Origin: Endomicrobiales bacterium | GTDB lineage: Bacteria > Elusimicrobiota > Endomicrobiia > Endomicrobiales > JALOBY01 | Assembly (NCBI GenBank): GCA_023228045.1 | Contig: JALOBY010000003.1 | Coordinates: forward strand, 1,294 to 65,293 | DNA: 64,000 nt | Direction: 5' to 3' | Part shown: positions 19,470 to 26,633 of the stretch, piece by piece | Layout: each line of letters opens with the position of its first letter | Numbering within the stretch: position 1 is the stretch's first letter | The notes under the pieces: model-generated | Seen by the model: the letters and a program-made list of their open reading frames with translations, nothing else | Database searches by the model: none | What the model was told of the DNA's origin: nothing | Position numbers and translations under genes: made by a program

Positions 19470-19497
19470 TTGTATATTTTGGATTTAGGTTTGTCAA
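19469..19497 (-). promoter_or_regulatory. sigma70-type promoter of the regulator and glycan operon
   Basis: The minus strand reads TTGACA-17 nt-TACAAT (TTGACA at 19497..19492, TACAAT at 19474..19469). Confidence 0.55.
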
Positions 19498-19537
19498 GTT
19501 ATGCTGTGTTGAATACTTAAACTAACAATTTTATGCG

Positions 19538-20785
19538 TTAATTGGAGATTTTATTAAGCATTTTATTATAAACGGCTAAATACTTGTTTGTTGCAATTTT
19601 ATAATCAAAATGTTTGTAAAAACGATTTTTGCCTGCAACGCCAAAAGAAGTAACTTTCTCATGGTTTGATGCAAGCTCTTGCATGGCTAAGGATAGAGCT
19701 ACACTATTTGCAGGTTCAACAATTAATCCAGTTTCATTGTTTATTATTTGTTCCTTAACCCCTCCAACATCTGTAGCAATTACCGCTTTGCCAATAGACA
19801 TTGCCTCTAATATTACAAAAGGAAAGTCCTCATTGCAGATTGATGAGAGCACAAAAACATCTAAAACATTAATAAAATTGAATATATTTTCCTCGCCTTT
19901 GGTGAAAATTACATCATCACATAAACCAAGTGAATCGGAAAGATTTTTTAGCTCTGCCTCAAGAGGTCCTGTCCCCTCAATAAGCAAAAGTGGAGCTTTT
20001 CTATTACCCATGCGCTCAACTAGCATTTTTTGAGCATTTAAAAGGTGCTTGTGACCTTTTCTTTCAATTAAAAGGGCCACAATGCCAAAAATGGGCCTGT
20101 TGTTGGTATTTATGCCTTTTTGCTTAAGATAATCAAACCGGCTAACATCAGGTTTTTTTGTTTGTATTCCATTATGAATACTCATTAACTTTTTTTTGGG
20201 CAATTTAAGCATATCTGACAATGCATCAAGTGCATTTTGCGAACCAGTAATAAAAAGATTTGTATTAATTGCTATAAGTTTATCTATCAAATAATCAAAT
20301 TTTCTGCTGGCAAATTTATAACCAAACGCAATGTTGTTTACAACCATTAAAGTTTTACTTATACCGGCAAATTTTGCTGCCAAGATAGCTGCAAGGCAGG
20401 AATATGCAGCAGGGTAGCCTCCATTATTTACATGAAGTATCTCTATTTTTCTGTTTGATAAATTATGCCAAATAACTAAAAGATTACGAATAAAAAAAAC
20501 ATATTTTAATATAACTTTAATCGGAAAGAATAAGGGCTTTAATTTGGAATGATTTATTTTTTCATTTATAGTTTCAAAGTCCCAAATGTTAAGTGGTATG
20601 TATGTAACATCTTTGAAAAATGCTTTTTTCATTAGCCCATCATTATATTCAGTTGAATGCCTGTAAAAAAATAAAATATTAAATGATGATTTTATATCTT
20701 GACTAGCAAAAAAGTATGAAAGCATATTCTCACAACCTGCAAAAAATGGGCAATCGGAGTAATATGCAATTGTTTTTTTAGTCAT
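19538..20785 (-). CDS. glycosyltransferase family 4 (GT-B)
   Basis: 415 aa. It has a C-terminal ..EDFPFVILEAMSIGKAVIATDVGGVKEQI.. E-x7-E type motif. Confidence 0.75.
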   Translation of the reverse strand: MTKKTIAYYSDCPFFAGCENMLSYFFASQDIKSSFNILFFYRHSTEYNDGLMKKAFFKDVTYIPLNIWDFETINEKINHSKLKPLFFPIKVILKYVFFIRNLLVIWHNLSNRKIEILHVNNGGYPAAYSCLAAILAAKFAGISKTLMVVNNIAFGYKFASRKFDYLIDKLIAINTNLFITGSQNALDALSDMLKLPKKKLMSIHNGIQTKKPDVSRFDYLKQKGINTNNRPIFGIVALLIERKGHKHLLNAQKMLVERMGNRKAPLLLIEGTGPLEAELKNLSDSLGLCDDVIFTKGEENIFNFINVLDVFVLSSICNEDFPFVILEAMSIGKAVIATDVGGVKEQIINNETGLIVEPANSVALSLAMQELASNHEKVTSFGVAGKNRFYKHFDYKIATNKYLAVYNKMLNKISN

Positions 20786-20931
20786 AATTTAAATTAAACA
20801 ACAATGAAGAGAGTTTTTTGATTTTTGTAAAAAAGAGTACTTCGCAAACTTGATAAACAATACATCCAGTTTGAAATGTTTTTTATTTTGAACAATGGTC
20901 ATATTATAAAAAAGTGGTGTATGTGAAAGTG

Positions 20932-22248
20932 TTATTTATTTGAGTTCCAAAGATTTTTAAACCAGCTTTTAAGTGATGAGTTCATTTTCATACTGGTGAA
21001 AGAAAACTTCCATTTTTTTTCTTGTACTGTTGGTTTTATTTTTCTTGTGCCGCCTGGAATTATGCCTAATTGTTTGCCAACTTTTTCAAATTTATCAAGC
21101 ACAAAATCAAGTTGTTCGTCGGTGTGAGATGCCATATAGCTTGTTCTTATGATGGCTTGGCCTTCTGGTACAGCCGGGCTTACAACAGGAGATGCAAAAA
21201 CCCCTTCGTCGTAAAGCATACGCCACATTTTAAATGCTTTCATATCTTCCCCAACTGTTAGTGGTATAATCGGCGACTGGGATGTTCTTGTATTAAATCC
21301 AATTGCCTCAAAACCCTCTTTCATTTTCTTTGTGTTATGCCAAAGTTTTGCGATTAGTTCTTTGTCTTTTTCAATTATATCTAAAGAAGCATCTATTGCG
21401 GCAACGCAAGCTGGAGGCAAACTTGCGGTAAATATTAAAGAACGCGAGAGGTGCTTTATGTAGTGTACAACTTCCTCGCGGCTTGCAATAAAACCGCCAA
21501 TAGATGCCAATGACTTTGAAGCGGTTGCCATAACAATATCTACTTCATGTTGTAAACCAAAATGTTCACCGGTTCCCCTGCCTGTTTCGCCAAGAACGCC
21601 AAGTGAATGTGCTTCATCAACCATTATTCTTGCCTCATATCTGCGGGCAAGCTTAACTATTTCTGGCAAATTTGCAATATCGCCTTCCATACTAAATACA
21701 CCGTCAACTACTATTAGCTTTGGGGTGTGTTCATACTTTTGCAATTGCCTTTCTAAGTCGGCCATATCATTGTGGCGGAAACGCACCATTTCACCCAAAG
21801 CAAGGTGGCAACCGTCTATAATTGACGCATGATCAAGTTTATCTGTGATGACTATTTCATTTTTACCTACTAATGAGGTTATTGCCCCAAGGTTTGCATG
21901 GTGCCCGGTTGTAAAAAGTACGGCAGCTTCCTTACCGACAAATTTCGCAAATTTCTTTTCTACTTTTTCGTGAAGATCTATTGTTCCATTTAAAAACCTT
22001 GAGCCGGTACACGATGTTCCATATTTGCGCACAGCTTCAACACTTGCCTCTTTTACCTTCGGGTGACTGGCAAGTCCGAGGTAATTATTTGAACAAATAA
22101 CTATTTTTTTCTCGCCTTCTACAATTATTTCGGGCCCTTGCCCGGATTCTGTTTTTTTAAAATAAGGGTAAACACCCGCGGCAATAATTTCATGTACTGT
22201 TGTGAATTTAAAACATTTTGCGAATAAATCGGAGTTTTGCATTTTCAA
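20932..22248 (-). CDS. alpha-oxoamine synthase, serine palmitoyltransferase-like
   Basis: 438 aa. It has ..NNYLGLASHP.., ..GSRFLNGT.. (SPT-like rather than the Kbl or BioF variant), ..FTTGHHANLG.., ..VDEAHS.. and ..ATASKSLASIGG (PLP Lys). It also has a basic/amphipathic tail of about 35 aa. Confidence 0.65.
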   Translation of the reverse strand: MKMQNSDLFAKCFKFTTVHEIIAAGVYPYFKKTESGQGPEIIVEGEKKIVICSNNYLGLASHPKVKEASVEAVRKYGTSCTGSRFLNGTIDLHEKVEKKFAKFVGKEAAVLFTTGHHANLGAITSLVGKNEIVITDKLDHASIIDGCHLALGEMVRFRHNDMADLERQLQKYEHTPKLIVVDGVFSMEGDIANLPEIVKLARRYEARIMVDEAHSLGVLGETGRGTGEHFGLQHEVDIVMATASKSLASIGGFIASREEVVHYIKHLSRSLIFTASLPPACVAAIDASLDIIEKDKELIAKLWHNTKKMKEGFEAIGFNTRTSQSPIIPLTVGEDMKAFKMWRMLYDEGVFASPVVSPAVPEGQAIIRTSYMASHTDEQLDFVLDKFEKVGKQLGIIPGGTRKIKPTVQEKKWKFSFTSMKMNSSLKSWFKNLWNSNK

Positions 22249-22260
22249 GCCCCCATAAGT

Positions 22261-23238
22261 TTATAGCCATTTATTATTTTGGTACCAAGAATAAGTAATT
22301 TTAGCACCAATTTCCAATTTTGTAAAGGTAAAAGACAGCTCTTCTTCAGTGTACTTGGTGTTAAACAACCAATTTTTTTGTTGCATTTCAATTATTTTTT
22401 GAAAGTTTAATACGGCAGGTTTTTTTGTTATAAGTGAAATTATTTCAGAAACTACTCCCGCAATCCAAAATATTATGCTTGGCAATGGCAGAGGTATTGT
22501 TTTTTTATTTATTGCTTTTGCGATGGTTTTTGCCGTTTGTCCCCATGTGTATTTTGCAGGTTCTGCGAGGCAAAATGTTTTGTAGTTTGTTTTATCGCTT
22601 GAAAGACAAATCTCTGAAACTTTACAGATGTCTTGCACGAATGTAAGTTGAATGGTTTTTTTAGTAAGAGTAAATGGTTTTAGCCCTTTGTTTACAAGGT
22701 TGAAAAAAATAAATAGGTCTTTATCCCTTGGCCCATAAACTGAAGCAGGCCTAAGTATTGTGTAAGGTATTTTATTATTTAGCGCAATAAGTTCCTTTTC
22801 ACCTGCAAGTTTGCTTTTTCCATAGTCCGAAACAGGGTTTTCTTGCTCGGATAGTTCCTTGAAATTGCCATTTGTAGACGGGCCCATAGCTGCCTGTGAT
22901 GATATATAAATAATTTTTTTACAGGTTTTGTTTTTTGGTGAAAGGAGGGCATTTACCAGATTTCCTGTGCCGACTTTATTAACCTTATAGTAGGTTTCTT
23001 TTTTTAATGCCCTGACTAAACCGCCCGCATGAATTAACGCGTCAATACCATCAAGCGAATTTATTAGTGTTTCGGGTTGGTTTAAATCGCCATAGCGGCA
23101 TTCTAGTTTTTTGCCGGCCAACCATTTGCAATTGCTGCTCTTGCGCACAAGGCAAACCACACTATGGCCTTGCTCAAGCAGATAATCTGCAAGGTTGCTT
23201 CCTACAAAACCATTTGAACCGGTTATTAATATTTTCAT
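22261..23238 (-). CDS. NAD(P)-dependent epimerase/dehydratase-family reductase (extended SDR) with a hydrophobic C-terminal segment
   Basis: It has MKILITGSNGFVGSNL (Rossmann), ..YGKSKLAGE.. (YxxxK) and a hydrophobic ..IIFWIAGVVSEIISLI.. segment. The track start is TTG 23250. ATG 23238 avoids overlap with the hypE stop. Confidence 0.65.
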   Translation of the reverse strand: MKILITGSNGFVGSNLADYLLEQGHSVVCLVRKSSNCKWLAGKKLECRYGDLNQPETLINSLDGIDALIHAGGLVRALKKETYYKVNKVGTGNLVNALLSPKNKTCKKIIYISSQAAMGPSTNGNFKELSEQENPVSDYGKSKLAGEKELIALNNKIPYTILRPASVYGPRDKDLFIFFNLVNKGLKPFTLTKKTIQLTFVQDICKVSEICLSSDKTNYKTFCLAEPAKYTWGQTAKTIAKAINKKTIPLPLPSIIFWIAGVVSEIISLITKKPAVLNFQKIIEMQQKNWLFNTKYTEEELSFTFTKLEIGAKITYSWYQNNKWL

Positions 23239-23243
23239 TTTTT

Positions 23244-24275
23244 TCAGCAAATCCTTGGGAGTTGTTCACCCTCAAGCATTACAATAGGGCGCAACCCACC
23301 GTTAAGTGTTTTAAGCCACACACCTTTTGGTGAATTAACAACGGTCCCGATTATTTTTGTGTTGCGTCCATATTTGTGTGAAGCCATTGCCTTTTCAATT
23401 TTGCTCGTTGCACTTTCCTGTGCAATTACAATTACCTTGCCTTCGTTTGCTAAATAGAGAGGGTCCAAACCAAGCATTTGACAGACACTTTTGGTTTGTT
23501 TTGAAATGGGTATATGTTTTTCCTCTATAATTATGCCTACATTAGACATATTGGCAATTTCGTTTAGTGTTGTTGCAAGCCCGCCCCGGGTTGGATCGCG
23601 CATAACACTTATTTCACCTGCAAAAGGCAGTGTTTTTGCTATAAGGCCATTTAGAGGGGCGACGTCACTTTTTACATTTGTTAGAAAACCATACTCATTT
23701 CTGGCACCAATTACAGCAACTTCATGATCTCCAATATTACCATTTAGCAACACACACTCGCCAGGTTTTGCATTTGAACCGCTAAACTTTGCATTGACAT
23801 TTAAAACACCTACGCCTGAGGTTGTAATAAATAGTTTATCGCCCTTACCCCTTTCTACAACTTTAGTATCCCCACCAACTATTAGCACATTTGCCTCTTT
23901 TGCAGTTAAAGCTATTGACTTTGCTACACGCTCAAGTACATCAAAGCCAAGCCCCTCTTCTATTATTGCGGCAACAGTTATGGCAACGGGTGTTGCCCCC
24001 ATTACAGAGAGGTCATTTACTGTACCGCAAATGCACAAACGACCAATGTCGCCGCCAGGAAAGAACAATGGATTAACGACAAATGCATCAGTTGTAAAAA
24101 CTATATTTTTGTTGTAAGTGCCCAATACAGCCGCATCGTCAAGACGGCTTAGAATTTTATTTTTAAAGTACTTAGCAAAAACATTTTTTACTAGTTCATG
24201 CGTTAGCCGCCCACCAGAGCCGTGAGCAAGTGTAATTTTGTTAGCTTGTTTATTTGCGTTTGGTGTTTTTGCCAT
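23244..24275 (-). CDS. hypE: hydrogenase maturation protein HypE
   Basis: It has ..ITLAHGSGG.. near the N-terminus and the diagnostic C-terminal PRIC. The track ORF (to 24389) carries a non-HypE leader. ATG 24275 gives a typical length of about 343 aa and overlaps the hypD end by 26 nt. Confidence 0.85.
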   Translation of the reverse strand: MAKTPNANKQANKITLAHGSGGRLTHELVKNVFAKYFKNKILSRLDDAAVLGTYNKNIVFTTDAFVVNPLFFPGGDIGRLCICGTVNDLSVMGATPVAITVAAIIEEGLGFDVLERVAKSIALTAKEANVLIVGGDTKVVERGKGDKLFITTSGVGVLNVNAKFSGSNAKPGECVLLNGNIGDHEVAVIGARNEYGFLTNVKSDVAPLNGLIAKTLPFAGEISVMRDPTRGGLATTLNEIANMSNVGIIIEEKHIPISKQTKSVCQMLGLDPLYLANEGKVIVIAQESATSKIEKAMASHKYGRNTKIIGTVVNSPKGVWLKTLNGGLRPIVMLEGEQLPRIC

Positions 24276-25278
24276 ACTTGTACTCTGCGGCACAAGCACC
24301 TTCTGATGAGACCATGCATGGTCCAATTGCAGAAGCTGGTGTGCATATTTTTGCAAAAAGTGGGCATTGAGGCGGTGTTTTTTGGCCAAGCATTACAGCC
24401 CCACAAAGGCAATTTTTAGGTTCACTTTTGCTTTTTATTTTAATGCTAAATTTTCTTTCCGCATCATAGGCGGCATAGGCATCTTTTATAGCATAACCGC
24501 TTTTAGCAATTATACCAATTGCCCGCCAATCTGAATCAACAATTTTGAAAACTTTTGACAAAATGATTTGTGCTTTTTTATTGCCTTGTACGCTTACAAT
24601 ATCACTGCATTGCGTTACAATCCTTGGTTTATTGTTTCTTACCATTGATGTTAATAGTTTTATTGCTTTTGTGATTTCTTTATATGAAAAACCAGCAACA
24701 ACACCAGGTAGATTGTATTTACTTGCAAGGAATTTATATATATTTGAACCAATAATTGTTGAAACATGGCCGGGTAGTAAAAAGGCGTTAATTTTGCATA
24801 TTTTGTTTTCAGCGATAAATTTAAGCGCAGGTGGTATAACCTTAAATAGACACAATACAGAAAAGTTGCTAATTTTTAAGAGTTTCGCTTGTATTATTGT
24901 TGCGGCAATTAATGGTGATGTTGTTTCAAAACCAACCCCAATAAAAACCACTTCTTTATGCGGATTTTCTTTTGCTATATCAAGCGCATCTATCGGGGAA
25001 TAAACAATTTTAATTGTTGCGCCGTTAGTGCGTTCTTTATTTAGGGATGAGTATGAGCCGGGCACTTTAAGCATGTCGCCAAAGGTGGTTATAATTACAT
25101 TCTCTTTTTTTGCAAGCGCAATAGCTTTGTCAATTGCACTAATCGGGGTTACACAAACAGGGCACCCTGGCCCTGAAATAAGCTTTACATTAGCAGGCAG
25201 CAAAGAACGAATTCCAAAGCGGGCAATTGCCATAGTGTGAGTGCCGCAAACTTCCATAATTGTAACTTTATTTTGCAT
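24250..25278 (-). CDS. hypD: hydrogenase maturation protein HypD (N-terminally short)
   Basis: It has IMEVCGTHT, GPGCPVCV, GVGFETT, LPGHVSTIIG and a C-terminal Cys cluster. In-frame TAG and TAA codons lie just upstream of the ATG, so the ORF cannot extend further. Confidence 0.85.
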   Translation of the reverse strand: MQNKVTIMEVCGTHTMAIARFGIRSLLPANVKLISGPGCPVCVTPISAIDKAIALAKKENVIITTFGDMLKVPGSYSSLNKERTNGATIKIVYSPIDALDIAKENPHKEVVFIGVGFETTSPLIAATIIQAKLLKISNFSVLCLFKVIPPALKFIAENKICKINAFLLPGHVSTIIGSNIYKFLASKYNLPGVVAGFSYKEITKAIKLLTSMVRNNKPRIVTQCSDIVSVQGNKKAQIILSKVFKIVDSDWRAIGIIAKSGYAIKDAYAAYDAERKFSIKIKSKSEPKNCLCGAVMLGQKTPPQCPLFAKICTPASAIGPCMVSSEGACAAEYKYGKNTKRK

Positions 25279-25822
25279 GCTTAATTATCTCATCTAATAG
25301 AGTAGCTGGGGTGCTTTTAGTAAATATCAAAGCACTATGCTCCTTGTTGTAAAAACCTTCATTTGTGATGTGTTTGAAAAAATTAATTAGAGAGTTAAAG
25401 TAACCAGCAGTATTTAACAACCCAAAAGTTTTTTTATGCAATCCCAAAGATGACCATGCTACTACCTCAATAAATTCTTCTAAAGTTCCTATTCCCCCAG
25501 GCATTGCGATAAAAGCATCAGAAAGCTTTGACATTAAAGCTTTTCTTTGGTGCATACCATTAACAATATGAAGTTTTGTAATGCCGGTATGCACAATTCC
25601 GCGATTTGCCAGGTGTTTAGGTATTACACCAATTACTTTGCCGCCTTTATTTATTACAGCATCGGCAATGATACCCATTAAACCAACCTTTCCACCACCA
25701 TAAACGAGAGTAAGCCCTTTTTGAGCAATTAAAGTGCCCAATCGCTTAGCCGCTACGATATGTTTTTTATTATTGCCAGTGTTTGAACCACAGAAAACAC
25801 AGATACTGCTTATTTTTTTCAT
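25268..25822 (-). CDS. LOG family protein (TIGR00730; nucleotide 5'-monophosphate nucleosidase / cytokinin riboside 5'-monophosphate phosphoribohydrolase family)
   Basis: 184 aa. It has ..ICVFCGSN.., ..LVYGGGKVGLMG.. and ..MPGGIGTLEEFIEV.. Confidence 0.8.
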   Translation of the reverse strand: MKKISSICVFCGSNTGNNKKHIVAAKRLGTLIAQKGLTLVYGGGKVGLMGIIADAVINKGGKVIGVIPKHLANRGIVHTGITKLHIVNGMHQRKALMSKLSDAFIAMPGGIGTLEEFIEVVAWSSLGLHKKTFGLLNTAGYFNSLINFFKHITNEGFYNKEHSALIFTKSTPATLLDEIIKHAK

Positions 25823-25823
25823 T

Positions 25824-26351
25824 TTATAGCCGCTTTTTTAATATTGAGTAAAGCTTCATGTTATGGAAAATGCCTTTTGAGTAAAGAGCGCTCCGTAGAG
25901 TTCCCTCATATTGCATACCAAGTTTCACCATCACTCTTTCAGATGCGCTATTTTCCTGCATGCATTTTGCCGTAATTCTGACAAGAGTGAGTTTATTAAA
26001 AGCAAAACTGAAAAGTTCATTTAATGTTTCAACCATTAGCCCCTTTCCTCTAAAATCATTAGACAAAGCATAATTAGTTTCGGCGCTTTTATTATGCGTG
26101 TTTATATCAAAAAATCCAGCTGTGCCGATAAGTTTTTTGTCGTACTCTATAGCCCAGATGCATTCATTATCATGCGAGTTATTTAACATTAAATTAATAA
26201 AATCGATACTCTGTTCAATAGAAGTATGCGGGTTCCATAGGGTGTACTTGCTAACGATTGGATTTGATGCATAAGCAAACATATCCTTGGCATCGGATAT
26301 GTTTAATGAACGAAGAATTAGATTTTTTGTTTTGAGGTTAGTTGGTTTCAT
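25824..26351 (-). CDS. GNAT family N-acetyltransferase (RimJ/RimL-like)
   Basis: 175 aa. It has ..LILRSLNISDAKDMF.., ..FRGKGLMVETL.. and ..NSASERVMVKLGM.. Confidence 0.7.
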   Translation of the reverse strand: MKPTNLKTKNLILRSLNISDAKDMFAYASNPIVSKYTLWNPHTSIEQSIDFINLMLNNSHDNECIWAIEYDKKLIGTAGFFDINTHNKSAETNYALSNDFRGKGLMVETLNELFSFAFNKLTLVRITAKCMQENSASERVMVKLGMQYEGTLRSALYSKGIFHNMKLYSILKKRL

Positions 26352-26562
26352 TATCTATCATTTCTTTTAATATACTTTCAGTTGTTTGGGCTTCTTCTTG
26401 TGATATTTTTGAGATTGCAAAACCGGCATGTATTAAAACATAATCGTTAACTTTAGCAGAGGGCAATAGATCTAAGCGAATTTTGCGCTTTGCGCCGCCA
26501 AAATTTGCATCCGCACTGAGCCCTGTTATATTTAAAATTTTTGCTGGTATAGCCAAACACAT
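26338..26562 (-). CDS. hypC: hydrogenase maturation chaperone HypC
   Basis: 74 aa. The N-terminus MCLAIPAKI is diagnostic. Confidence 0.85.
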   Translation of the reverse strand: MCLAIPAKILNITGLSADANFGGAKRKIRLDLLPSAKVNDYVLIHAGFAISKISQEEAQTTESILKEMIDNETN

Positions 26563-26572
26563 ATATTATCTC

Positions 26573-26603
26573 CCCGCCCAAGGCGGGTCAGCCTCGGGCT
26601 GAC
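26573..26603. repeat. two abutting GC-rich hairpins in the hypF-hypC spacer
   Basis: cccgcc-caa-ggcggg (26573..26587) and gtcagcc-tcg-ggctgac (26587..26603). This is a GC island in an AT-rich spacer. The core cgcccaaggcggg recurs, inverted, at about 30204..30219. Confidence 0.6.
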
Positions 26604-26633
26604 GGGATGACAGACAATTCTTATCTGTTTTTG

